64,000 nt of DNA from an uncultured Hormoscilla sp. GTDB taxonomy: Bacteria; Cyanobacteriota; Cyanobacteriia; Cyanobacteriales; Desertifilaceae. The stretch is from NCBI GenBank assembly GCA_963921275.4, contig OZ001293.3, forward strand, positions 160,001 through 224,000. The letters run 5' to 3'. The notes below the pieces were generated by a model. It had not been told where the DNA came from. It did no database searches and saw only the letters and a program-made list of their open reading frames with translations. The position numbers and the translations under genes were made by a program. Positions 10,570 through 20,584 of this stretch are shown here, in pieces; positions within the stretch are counted from its first letter, which is position 1, and every line of letters starts with the position of its first letter.

Positions 10570-10771
10570 CCGTGGTCTGGCAGTTGTTGCATAGGGATCC
10601 CCCCCAAACCCCCCCCGCGCCAATTGCTATGCTTTACTCACATATTTTTTAACATTTGTCGGGGGCGATCGTCGAGATATCGTAATTCGCCCACAGTATC
10701 TTTTAAGAGAGGTTTGGGGGATCCTCCGACTGGGAGGGCCCATGAACGATCGACTGGTTTTGACCACACCC
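10570..10771 (-). mobile_element. MITE copy B (inverted), replaces the 3' end of the M48 gene
   Basis: Same terminal sequences as copy A on the minus strand. Confidence 0.65.
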
Positions 10772-11597
10772 GCTGTAGACTGGGCGGAAGGGGCGATCGC
10801 TCCCTGACCGGATACCTCCGTTCCTCAATGATGCGCTGTAATTGAGCGACGCGATTTCCGGGAGCAGGATGGGTAGACAAAAAGGCGATATTTGCTCCTC
10901 TTTTCCGATCGAGTCGGGCAAAAAAGTCCGTCGCCCCGGCGACGTGACCGTAAGTTGCTTGTAATAAATCGATGCCAAATTCATCCGCTTGCAGTTCCTG
11001 AGACTGAGAATATTGCGATCGGGAGAAAGCTTCCGCGCCAGAAACCAAAACAGCTTGCAGTCCGCCCACATCGCCGAAAATACTGGCGATCGCCAAGCGC
11101 AGCACCAAAGCTTGTCCCAAACCCCGCAGATGGTCGCGATTAGCAAAATGTCCCAATTCATGTCCCAAGACCATCATCAGTTCGTTTTCCGACTCCGCCT
11201 GGGCTACCAAACCTTGATAAATGACAATTGTATCTCCTGGTAGCGCCAAAGCATTGACTATTTTCTGGGGCACAAACAGCACCCGATAATCTCGGTCTCG
11301 ATGCTGTTCGGGAGGTAAGTTAGTTTCCAATCGATCCAACAACTGATTCAGGGTAGCTTGAGCTCTTGACGGCAGCGCCTGTTGCTCGTAAATTGGTACG
11401 ATCGCCGCCCCCAGCTGTTGTTCCACGCCGATCGGAATATACCAGACTAAGGCATTCACTAACAGCCCGATCGCCCACCACAGCAACCAAAAGACGATCG
11501 CGATAAATCCCACAAACAACCCGAAGATAATCAGCAATTCTCGGTTGCTAGTAGGAGGATTGCGATTTGGCTTTTTTCTTAGGTTATCGGCATCCAT
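10638..11597 (-). CDS. M48-family metallopeptidase
   Basis: NALALPG, HELGH, ELQADEFG, FLSTHP; N-terminal TM helix. Confidence 0.9.
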   Translation of the reverse strand: MDADNLRKKPNRNPPTSNRELLIIFGLFVGFIAIVFWLLWWAIGLLVNALVWYIPIGVEQQLGAAIVPIYEQQALPSRAQATLNQLLDRLETNLPPEQHRDRDYRVLFVPQKIVNALALPGDTIVIYQGLVAQAESENELMMVLGHELGHFANRDHLRGLGQALVLRLAIASIFGDVGGLQAVLVSGAEAFSRSQYSQSQELQADEFGIDLLQATYGHVAGATDFFARLDRKRGANIAFLSTHPAPGNRVAQLQRIIEERRYPVRERSPLPPSLQRVWSKPVDRSWALPVGGSPKPLLKDTVGELRYLDDRPRQMLKNM

Positions 11598-11605
11598 TTC
11601 TTAAT

Positions 11606-12304
11606 TCAGTCGCTACTTTTCACGGGACGGAAAGGATTCAAAAAATTAATCAACCCATAAAGTTCGCGGGACTGAACCCAGAGACGTCCGCGACCCCGGA
11701 AATGGCAAACCAATCCTTCCCCGCCCAAAATCCCCGTTTTCAGATTCTTAAATGATAACCCCCCAATTACCTCCACATTGTAATTCAAGCTATCTTCAAA
11801 GGCCACGATGTAGCTAGTATCTACCACATAGTCTCCTTCCACCGGAATTTCCACAATCCCGCCATAGGAATTGAACCAGATATCCCCGCTGCCAGTTGCC
11901 CGCACCAAAAACAAAGATTCGCCACTAAAGAAGCCCTTAAATCCTTGAAACTGAGTATCGATTTCCACCGTTGGACTAGCAGCTACAAACCCAGAAGATT
12001 GAATCAGCAAGCTTTTCTCACTCAGGTAATAATGCTGAATATCTCCCGGCATTGCTGGCGAGATATAGATTTGTCCTGGTTTTTCCTCAGCAGTAAACTC
12101 GCTGACAAACAGGGACTCCCCACTTACCATCCGCGCCATACCTTTCATCAAACCTCCTTGCATCTTAGATTTCATCAAGATGCCAGCATCCATTGCCGCC
12201 ATTGCCCCTGATTCAACTAAGACAGTTTGATTCGCCTGTAAGTTAATAATTAAAGAAGCATAAGCTGGCGAATGTTCTATTTCGTAAGCAATCTCATTTG
12301 TCAT
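11606..12304 (-). CDS. TIGR00266/AIM24-family protein
   Basis: VESGAMAAM, GESLFV, VDTSYIVAF, GEGLV, LWVQSR. Confidence 0.9.
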   Translation of the reverse strand: MTNEIAYEIEHSPAYASLIINLQANQTVLVESGAMAAMDAGILMKSKMQGGLMKGMARMVSGESLFVSEFTAEEKPGQIYISPAMPGDIQHYYLSEKSLLIQSSGFVAASPTVEIDTQFQGFKGFFSGESLFLVRATGSGDIWFNSYGGIVEIPVEGDYVVDTSYIVAFEDSLNYNVEVIGGLSFKNLKTGILGGEGLVCHFRGRGRLWVQSRELYGLINFLNPFRPVKSSD

Positions 12305-12334
12305 TTTCCTTTATCCTTTGCTATTCACATCTCG

Positions 12335-13027
12335 CTACTCCTTTCTGGGGGGCAGATGAGAGCCAACTAATTGACCAAAAGCGCCTGAGTTGTGAGTCTG
12401 ACAATATAATTTACCTTGTCCTTGAAACCGACAAACCAATCCTTCGCCGCCCAAGAATGATCCCCACCAGCTAGGATTAGCTTTACCAATATTAAAGGTC
12501 AGACTTTTTTCAAAAGCCACAATATGACCCGTATCCACTATATATTCTCCGTTAACGGGTACTTCATAAATCCCGCCAAAGGAGGTCAACAACAACTCAC
12601 CATTACCCGTCAGACTCAACCAAAATATTGATTCCCCCGAAAAGAGTGATTTTAAACCTTGAAAGCCTAAGTCGATATCAACATCTGAAGCAGATGCCAG
12701 ATAAGAAGTAGCCTGCACGACCAACTCCTGACCCGTCATTTGATAAAGCATAATATCGCCTATCAATTTGGGGGCGATAAAGATTTCACCCCCGTCTCTG
12801 GGCGATCTAAAGACGCTCAAAAACAGCGATTCCCCAGCCACCATCCGTTTCATTCCGCCGAGAATCCCGCCCCCTTTCCCTTGTCGCAAGGTAGTGTTCG
12901 CACTGATGAAGCCACTCATGGCAATCATGCTGCCTGCTTCTGCCACTAATTCTTCTCCCGCCTCCAGAGTCACGCGGGAGATCGCGCTATCTGGTTGATG
13001 CAAAAGTTCTATATCCATATTCTCCAC
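12335..13027 (-). CDS. TIGR00266/AIM24-family protein
   Basis: AEAGSMIAM, GESLFL, VDTGHIVAF, GEGLVCRF. Confidence 0.9.
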   Translation of the reverse strand: MENMDIELLHQPDSAISRVTLEAGEELVAEAGSMIAMSGFISANTTLRQGKGGGILGGMKRMVAGESLFLSVFRSPRDGGEIFIAPKLIGDIMLYQMTGQELVVQATSYLASASDVDIDLGFQGLKSLFSGESIFWLSLTGNGELLLTSFGGIYEVPVNGEYIVDTGHIVAFEKSLTFNIGKANPSWWGSFLGGEGLVCRFQGQGKLYCQTHNSGAFGQLVGSHLPPRKE

Positions 13028-13041
13028 CTTCTTGGAAATTG

Positions 13042-13704
13042 TTACTTAAATTTGGGGCGCATAAATGCCACCAAACCATCAATACTGCGAGACTGGAGAT
13101 AAATATCACCAGTACCAGTCAGTCGATTCACAAAACCTTCTCCGGAAGTTATCGACCCCAGCAGACCGCCAGCAAGTTTAATATTCATTTTAATTCCCGG
13201 ATCGTAGGCAACCAAGTGACCGGTATCGACAATAAAGTCGCCGTTAATGCGTTTCCGGGTAATGCCACCATAAGCGCCAAAAAACACTATACCCTTACCG
13301 CTGACTTGAAGTTTGAACAGTCCTTCACCAGAGAACCAACTCTTCAAACCGGCCCAGTACACTCCCAGCTTCACCCCAGTTCCATGACAAATATAGGCAC
13401 CCGGTTGAAAACAGAGGTTGCGCCCTCGTAATTCCACAGAAACTATGTCACCAATGCTGGACTGAGTGAGGACAAGATTTAAGGGTTGCTGGGTTTCATT
13501 GGAAAAGGTATTGACAAATAAGGACTCGCCCCCAAAGAATTTTTTCAGTAAAGCTGGGAAGAACCCGCCAGAAAAGTGGGTCTTCATAGTAAGTTGAGCG
13601 TCCATGCTAGTCATGGCTCCCGCCTCAGCGGTTATGGCCTCACCGGGATAGAGGGTAACGAAGATAGCAGCAAAAGCTGGTTTATAGCGAATTTCATGCT
13701 CCAC
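13042..13704 (-). CDS. TIGR00266/AIM24-family protein
   Basis: AEAGAMTSM, GESLFVN, VDTGHLVAY, GEGFV, YLQSR. Confidence 0.9.
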   Translation of the reverse strand: MEHEIRYKPAFAAIFVTLYPGEAITAEAGAMTSMDAQLTMKTHFSGGFFPALLKKFFGGESLFVNTFSNETQQPLNLVLTQSSIGDIVSVELRGRNLCFQPGAYICHGTGVKLGVYWAGLKSWFSGEGLFKLQVSGKGIVFFGAYGGITRKRINGDFIVDTGHLVAYDPGIKMNIKLAGGLLGSITSGEGFVNRLTGTGDIYLQSRSIDGLVAFMRPKFK

Positions 13705-13829
13705 TGGCCTTTCTCCTACATTTTTTCTGTGTAAAGTCGATCATCTCTAGCCAAAGCTGTAACCATAGCCATCTCGCCTGTGAACTGCCTGAATGTGATT
13801 TCTGGACACAGAGACTACCGCTCGCCAAA

Positions 13830-14240
13830 AAGATGATAGATTAAATATAACTGGAATCGGCTGGTCCATGTGTGCTTGGGCCCGATCGAGCAAGTCTCGG
13901 GCCATGGACAGTAAGGTCGCGGTCTTCCCAGAACCCGGTTCCCCCAGTATCAGGAGACTTCGCCCCTCTCCCAATTGGTCAAACAAGTCAATTGCCTTTG
14001 TGGGGGCAATATTTTTCGCGGTGCTTCTGGGGTTTCCCACCCCACCCCGATCGGGCCTTCTATAGCATCTAGTCGTTCTTCTAGACTCAGGGAGATTGCT
14101 GGAGAGCTAATTTTTTCTAATACACCTCCGATCCAATAATTTCTCACCTTATTCAGTAAAGTCTGGCGGTTGCGGTAACTTTCTCTGACGGAAACTGTTT
14201 CAATCCTCTTTTGCAACTGTGGTAATGCCTGGATCTTCAT
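13830..14240 (-). pseudogene. NACHT NTPase fragment (frameshifted, truncated)
   Basis: RNRQTLLNKVRNYWIGGVLE; Walker A LLILGEPGSGKT; IPVIFNLSS. Confidence 0.75.
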
Positions 14241-14421
14241 AGATTTATCTTACCCGAAGTAGTCATAGTCACGGCCAACCCCGATCTTATGGTATTTTAT
14301 GGCTTTTTTACTGAGGGAGCACGGATAATCTTAGTTTGCCCTATTTTGCGTTCTCGTCTATCAATATTCAAGAAAAATTAACAGGCCCAGTCTCTACATC
14401 ACTTCTAAGAATATAATCCCT

Positions 14422-15236
14422 ATGGCTCACCAACCCCGCAAGCGCTTTGCTCAACACTGGCTCCGCAGTGACCGGGTGCTCGATCGCATAATCATGGCGG
14501 CAGAATTGGACGAAGGCGATCGGGTACTAGAAATCGGTCCAGGGACCGGCAGTCTGACTCGTCGATTATTGCCCCTAGTGGAGTCGGTAGTGGCGGTAGA
14601 AATTGACCGGGATCTATGCCGGAAGTTGACTTCTGGGCTGGGGAAGTCGGAAAACTTTCTCCTGCTGCAAGGGGATATCCTCTCTCTGGATTTATCGGCG
14701 CTGCTGAGGTCTTTTCGGTCGTTCCAAAACTTAAATAAAGTTGTTGCCAATATTCCCTATAATATCACGGGTCCGATTCTGGAAAAACTGCTGGGCACAA
14801 TTGAACATCCTGCTGCTTTCCCCTATAATATCATAGTGCTGCTCGTGCAAAAGGAAGTGGCCCAACGCCTAGTTGCCCGATCGGGCTCTAGATCCTTCGG
14901 GGCCCTGTCAGTGCGAGTGCAGTATAATGCGGAATGCGAGTTAATTTGTACAGTGCCAGCGTCGGCTTTTTACCCACCTCCCCAGGTAGAGTCAGCAGTA
15001 GTGAGGTTGCGTCCCCGACAGTGCTCCCCAGCAGCAGTCCCCGGGCACCTGGAAATGCTAGTAAAGCTGGGTTCGCCGCTAAGCGGAAAATGTTGCGGAA
15101 TAATCTGAAATCGGTGGTCGAGAGCGATCGCCTGATTGCGTTACTATCAGAATTAGGAGTGAACCCCCAAGCCCGGGCTGAGGACTTGAGTGTCAGTCAG
15201 TGGGTATCCTTGAGCAATCTCTTGGTCAGTTCGTAG
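14422..15236 (+). CDS. rsmA: 16S rRNA m6,2A dimethyltransferase; one-base frameshift near 15070 (pseudogene or sequencing error)
   Basis: PRKRFAQHWL, VLEIGPGTG, VANIPYNIT; continues GFAAKRKMLRNNL...RAEDLS in another frame. Confidence 0.9.
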
Positions 15237-15298
15237 TAAACACTTTAGTGTTTGCGGGTTCGTAGTAAACACTAAAGTGTTTCGGGGGACGCGCTCAC

Positions 15299-15470
15299 TC
15301 ACAGTCCGAGGCCGCCACTCACTCTCAGCAGAGCCTCTGGCGCTCCCATTCCCAGCGAGACCCACTGGAACGAGGGGAACAAGGGTATAGCCATCACAGT
15401 CCGAGGCCACCACTCACTCTCAGCAGAGCCTCTGACTGAGCATTCCCAGGGAGACCCTGGGAACGAGGGT
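15299..15470. repeat. Two direct copies of a dispersed palindromic repeat (family also at ~3400-3445 and ~51700-51750)
   Basis: TCACAGTCCGAGGCC(G/A)CCACTCACTCTCAGCAGAGCCTCT...CATTCCCAG...GGAACGAG. Confidence 0.75.
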
Positions 15471-15626
15471 ATGGCCAACTAGCCCGCGCAGGCGGGCTTT
15501 GTTCATGTAGCCCCACCCTAAAGGGTGGGGGATCTGGTGCAGGCAAAGGTTCGGGCGGAGGTTCGGGCGCTGCGGAGGGATAGGTTAAATTAAAAAGAAA
15601 GGTTAGTAGTGGAAAGGAGAGGATAG

Positions 15627-16298
15627 ATGTCAACACAAATATTACTGGTAGATGACGAACCGGGAGTGCGCGAATCAGTACAAGCCTATCTGGAAGAGAG
15701 TGGTTTTACCGTTGAAGTTGCCAGCAACGCTATTGATGGCTGGGAAAAGCTACAACAGCTCGTACCTGAGGTAGTGATTACAGACATTATGATGCCCGAG
15801 GTAGATGGCTATCAGTTTTTGCAGCAAATGCGGGAAGATTCTCGGTTTAAGGGCTTGCCAGTGTTGTTTTTAACCGCCAAAGGCATGACAGGAGACCGCA
15901 TCCAAGGCTATGACGTCGGGTGTGATGCCTACTTGCCTAAACCCTTCGATCCCGACGAGTTGGAGTCAATAGTCAAAAATCTGGTGTTACGTCGCGCCCA
16001 GATGGGTGGAACGGAACTTGATGACATTAAAACTCAGCTCAATCAAATTCAGGGTATACTCCAAAACGGAGGCGCGATCGGCCATAAGACCCCACCGATG
16101 AAATTAGACTTCACTCCCAGAGAACAGAGTGTCCTGAACTTAGTAGTAGAGGGACTAATGAACAAGGAAATTGCCCGCCGCCTGGAAACCTCTCTACGAA
16201 ATGTGGAAAAATATGTCAGCCGCTTGTTTGCCAAAACTGAGACCAACAGTCGGACTGAGTTAGTGCGCTTTGCCCTGGAACATGGGTTGACTACATAA
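15627..16298 (+). CDS. ycf29: NarL/LuxR-type response regulator (Ycf29/Rre1-like)
   Basis: REC domain (ILLVDD, DIMMP, KPF) plus LuxR HTH GLMNKEIARRLETSLRNVEKYVSRLF. Confidence 0.8.
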   Translation: MSTQILLVDDEPGVRESVQAYLEESGFTVEVASNAIDGWEKLQQLVPEVVITDIMMPEVDGYQFLQQMREDSRFKGLPVLFLTAKGMTGDRIQGYDVGCDAYLPKPFDPDELESIVKNLVLRRAQMGGTELDDIKTQLNQIQGILQNGGAIGHKTPPMKLDFTPREQSVLNLVVEGLMNKEIARRLETSLRNVEKYVSRLFAKTETNSRTELVRFALEHGLTT

Positions 16299-16639
16299 AC
16301 AACCCCTTATGGTAGGGCGCTACTCTCATAGCCCAGAAACCCGGTTTTTCGGAAAAACCGGGTTTCTTAATGCTTATGACTACAGGCGATCGCACTTCCT
16401 AGGTCAGCGGCTATAGGTAAACTACCCACGCATTATAGCGTTTCTCAAGCTAGTGAGGTACCGTGTTTCGATCCCCCCAACCCCCCGAAGATGCGCTATG
16501 GCTTAAGCCTCGGGACGTTCGCCCTTAGCCAAAAAGTAAAATCATGATTAAATTTTACGACTCTTGCTTGGGCGCGTTGCTAATATTATATAGAGCCGGA
16601 GCTCTGAACAATTCGATATTGACAGAAAACTATGAAGCC

Positions 16640-17200
16640 ATAGGCATCCAAAGAACTAAAATCTGTTGGGCGATCGCCGTCCTCATCAAAGACTGGTGAA
16701 GATCGTATCAGATGAACGCAGAACAACCCTAGGGTACCACAAGCATGTGGAGACTGGGCAGCAACCCAAGCAGCTTATGATTTTTGGGCCGCATGTTAAA
16801 GCCTCAGCAATTCGCTCTAGCCATCAACAAAGTACTGTTGAACTCCTCAAGCAGAATGAAATTGTTTTAGCAGCCGGAGCGCTAGGTTGGACTATTGTGC
16901 TGATGGAGAGGGCTACGCGGTTACGCAAGACTCTCGAATGTGGTGAAAAAAAGCAAAAACTTTTGCTAGCAGCAGTAGCAACTTTAGCCGAATTATTTGA
17001 CAAAAGTGAGGCGCTAGTTTTATTCACCGATGGAGAGCTTCGTGGAGCGTCAATTAGTTTTTGATATCTGTCATCAACTGTTTCACAGTGGCCAATGAGG
17101 TAGACCACCTAAAGTGTTACCCTTATGCTTGGCGATTAGACTAAAAAATCCAAGTAGTAAAGGCGGTGACTCTCAGGGTAAAATTGACAAAATTGAAACC
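16640..17200 (+). pseudogene. Degraded IS transposase (IS1-like)
   Basis: GWTIVLMERATR...LFTDGE, then GRPPKVLP in a broken frame. Confidence 0.55.
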
Positions 17201-17340
17201 CCTGTAGGTTGTCAGTTGTAGGTTGTCAGTTGTAGGTTGTCAGTTGCAGGTTGTCCGCGTTCGACTAAGGATTAACAACTAACAACTAACGAATAACGAC
17301 TAATAAATAACGACTAACAACTAACCAGGAAAGATATTTT

Positions 17341-18057
17341 CTACATACGCTGAGCCAAGTTTTTCCCATGAGTATCAGTGCCGCAGGTATGCAGCAGACC
17401 GCCGTAGCGTTCTGCTAATTGTCGAACCTGCTCGGTTTGCTTGGGGCTAGGTTTCCAAGGATTAGGGTTGTTGTAGGCGTAGTAAGTTTCCACGCCATCA
17501 ATGCCCCATCGCGCTGCTTCTGGAATCAACTGGGCAGCTGAACGACGACGGTAACGTTCTGGATGAGCTAGCACAGCTAAACCACCCGCCTGATGAATTG
17601 CCGCAATGACATTAGGCGCTTGATAATCGCTGTTAGTGGAAGCCTTACCCTGTATATAGGGTTGCAGGCGCGGGTGTTCAGGGTCGAAGCCATAGCCCAA
17701 AATGTGAACCTGAGTTTTGAGCAAGTTAGCGTTAATTTCTACCCCACTCCAAAGTTCCGGTGCCCGACGCAAGGGATTAGCGGCTTTCCAGTTTTCTAGC
17801 CAGTTCTGAGCAACAAGATAGCCGCCCACGCTGTGGTGATCCGTAATGGCGATTCCTTGCAGACCGATCTCGAGAGCCTGAGACATCAGATCTTCTGGTT
17901 TCAGCTTTCCATCAGAGAATATCGTGTGCATGTGAAAGTTGAAATCATGCGGACAACTGTCTTCATCAATGCTCTCAAACACTTCCCTTAATCTTCTTGC
18001 TGACCCATTTTCCCCTGCTAGCTTGAGTGAACTAGGAATTTCAACTACATTAACCAT
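17341..18057 (-). CDS. PHP-domain metal-dependent phosphoesterase
   Basis: HMHTIFSDG, AITDH, VLAHP, GTDTH. Confidence 0.9.
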   Translation of the reverse strand: MVNVVEIPSSLKLAGENGSARRLREVFESIDEDSCPHDFNFHMHTIFSDGKLKPEDLMSQALEIGLQGIAITDHHSVGGYLVAQNWLENWKAANPLRRAPELWSGVEINANLLKTQVHILGYGFDPEHPRLQPYIQGKASTNSDYQAPNVIAAIHQAGGLAVLAHPERYRRRSAAQLIPEAARWGIDGVETYYAYNNPNPWKPSPKQTEQVRQLAERYGGLLHTCGTDTHGKNLAQRM

Positions 18058-18416
18058 CTCATCTTACCGCTTCTAATTACTGACTCTACTATAGCCAACT
18101 TTTTATTTTGTAACCTTGCATACACAACATCATGTCGAGCGGGCGATCTGGGAGTGGTCAGTCGTCAGTCGTCAGTAGCCGCACCGGCGTTGGCTAGTGT
18201 TTTTGGATGTTACCAGCTTCTTGTTGATAATTAAAAATTGATAATTGAAAATTGCTAATCGAACATTAATAAATATATGAATATTTATGACATAAATATT
18301 AACGGTCAACAATCAACAATTAACAACCCAAATCATCCCGTAATTGTGCCAACAAGTTTTGGGAAAGATTCGGTCCCATCAAGCCCGCGCAGGCGGGCTT
18401 TGTTATTGTAGCTAAT

Positions 18417-19880
18417 TTATAGCTGGGATTGCAAATACTGATTAATATCAGCGGCACGTCCCTGAGCCCTGAGCACGCAGTCTGGCAAAGCGACGCCATC
18501 AATATAGTTACTACACAGATATATACCTGGCAGCTGCTGAAGATTTGTAGTTATCTGCTGCCAACGCTGTTCGTGACCGAGATTATACTGGGGAATTGCC
18601 CGTTGCCACAGATGCACGGCTAAGACTTTTGGCTGTGCATCTGGCTTGAGCAGAATTTTACACAAGTCCTGATGGACCGCTTGAGCAATTTGCTCGCTGT
18701 CTAAATCAGTAATTTCTGGATCTGTGGCACCGCCGATATAGCTAGTTAGCACTTGCCATCCTTGGGGTGCCCGACCTGGAAACAGACTGGAAGTCCAGAT
18801 CGTGCCCAAAGTTCTAATTCCCTGACTTCTGGGAATTAGATTACCAAAGCCCCGTAGAGGATACTTGAGAGCAGATATCGGGTAGGCTAAGACAACACTG
18901 GCTACGGGTGGGTAGTAGAATTTCCGTAAGGCAAGGCTTGCTTGGGATGCTAGGGGTTGCAACAACTCAGCTGCCACATAAGCTGGTGATGTAATCACTA
19001 CTGTCCGTGCTTCTATCTGGCGAATGTCTTCGGCTGTGGCAAATCGAGCCATGTAGGTTTGCTGCTGGGTAGGATGCAAGCTAGTGAGACGCCAATTCAG
19101 TTTCACAGCACCGCCTAGCTGGGAGGCGATCGCCAGAGGCAATGCTTGCAGCCCCTGCTTAAAGGAGCCCAACTCTCCTGGTTTAGTTTTCGGCAAGTTA
19201 GGGTTCGGTATCACCGGTTTCCGGTTTTTCCGGGACATAATTGCCCCGGCTAACAGTCCGCCGCCGACTGATTCTAACTGTACCACGCGCCGAAAAGCCG
19301 CAGCGGCACTCAACTGATTCACATCACCAGCATAAACCCCAGAGACAAAAGGAGTCACCAGGCGTTCTGTCACCTCTGCACCCAGATGACGCCCAAAGAA
19401 TTGAGCTACCGTCTCCTCGCCACCCTGTTGAGACAATTGCTCGCCCATTGCTGGTGGCACAAACCCCAAAGCACCAGTCAATGCCCGGAGTTTTCCCGGC
19501 CAACTCAGCAATTGGGAGCTGATAGCAGCTGGTGGACTCATGGGCACCGGATGCAGTTTTCCCTGCCAGTAGACAAAACGAGGTAAGCGGCGGTCAGCTA
19601 GAATCAACTCCTGTTCTAGTCCCACATCGACAATCAGCTGTAGCATCTCTGGTTTCGGCTGAAAACTATTGGGGCCTTCTTCCCAGAGAAATTCCCCTGA
19701 GCTTTCTGTAGTGATGTTCCCCCCGACTCGTCCGGTGCTTTCAGAGACTAAAATCTGCCTGTAATGCTGCTTGTGCAAGCTGTAGGCCAGAGTCAAGCCG
19801 CTAATACCTGCACCGACAATCAGGGTATCGAGGACCTTGTCCGATTTTTCCGGAACGGTGGGAGTGGCTGAATCGGTCAT
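18417..19880 (-). CDS. hemG: Protoporphyrinogen oxidase (HemY type)
   Basis: GAGISGL, EEGPNSF, SGVYAGD, AIPQY. Confidence 0.92.
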   Translation of the reverse strand: MTDSATPTVPEKSDKVLDTLIVGAGISGLTLAYSLHKQHYRQILVSESTGRVGGNITTESSGEFLWEEGPNSFQPKPEMLQLIVDVGLEQELILADRRLPRFVYWQGKLHPVPMSPPAAISSQLLSWPGKLRALTGALGFVPPAMGEQLSQQGGEETVAQFFGRHLGAEVTERLVTPFVSGVYAGDVNQLSAAAAFRRVVQLESVGGGLLAGAIMSRKNRKPVIPNPNLPKTKPGELGSFKQGLQALPLAIASQLGGAVKLNWRLTSLHPTQQQTYMARFATAEDIRQIEARTVVITSPAYVAAELLQPLASQASLALRKFYYPPVASVVLAYPISALKYPLRGFGNLIPRSQGIRTLGTIWTSSLFPGRAPQGWQVLTSYIGGATDPEITDLDSEQIAQAVHQDLCKILLKPDAQPKVLAVHLWQRAIPQYNLGHEQRWQQITTNLQQLPGIYLCSNYIDGVALPDCVLRAQGRAADINQYLQSQL

Positions 19881-20110
19881 AGGGCATAGGGAGAGTAATT
19901 GAACAAAGCGTCTAGATAAATCCGGGCAGCTCTACGATAACTGTATTCTGCTTCTGGAGTGTGACCATTTCCATTTTGCAGCAAAAACAGAGACAGAGCC
20001 GCAGAAAATACCCGGTCTTGGTCCCAGTCCGGATGGCTATCCAAGTAGGTTTTGACCGATTCATGCAGATCTTCGGGGATTTCTGCCAGGATACTCACAT
20101 TGGTACGCAT
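19877..20110 (-). CDS. DUF2811 protein
   Basis: EIPEDLHES...HPDWDQDRVFSAALSLFLLQ. Confidence 0.85.
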   Translation of the reverse strand: MRTNVSILAEIPEDLHESVKTYLDSHPDWDQDRVFSAALSLFLLQNGNGHTPEAEYSYRRAARIYLDALFNYSPYAL

Positions 20111-20584
20111 GTCTAGCCTCCATGATGTAACGAGCCCGAGCGTCAGAGCGCTGGATATATGACGCTGACTCGGTCGGTCGCTTTATTGTGCGCTCACAGA
20201 GCATGGGATTGTCAATGTTGCGAAATGTTGCAACTGACCTTCGGTCTGAAAATTTTTGACGATATCATCAGGCTTTCAGGGCGATTTTTGTTACATTCCT
20301 TTACAAACAGAGGGGCTCTCGGGGTCTTAAGAGGCTCAACCGAGAAATCCCCAATCAAATTTAAGAGACCCGATCGTACCGTGCTCCCTTGTGGAAAACC
20401 GGAGGTTTTATTGTGGAAAACTGTCCTAGGCTTGTGGAAACAATGTGGAAGCTGTGGGGATTTTTCTGGCAAATGATAAGAATCACAAACTGTATGACAA
20501 ATTATGCCAAAAATTGTTAATTGCTAATTGCTAAAATCAGCCCAAAGATCTTGATAAATGCCATAATGTCTGTTATAGTATAAT

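Noticed and set aside
15060..15110. Programmed frameshift in rsmA
   Set aside because: No slippery heptamer; a one-base loss from sequencing error or decay is simpler
17200..17325. Heptamer-based repeats as a novel element
   Set aside because: Ordinary cyanobacterial short tandem repeats; likewise the CCCAGAAACC...GGTTTCTT palindromes near 16331, 25349 and 27110
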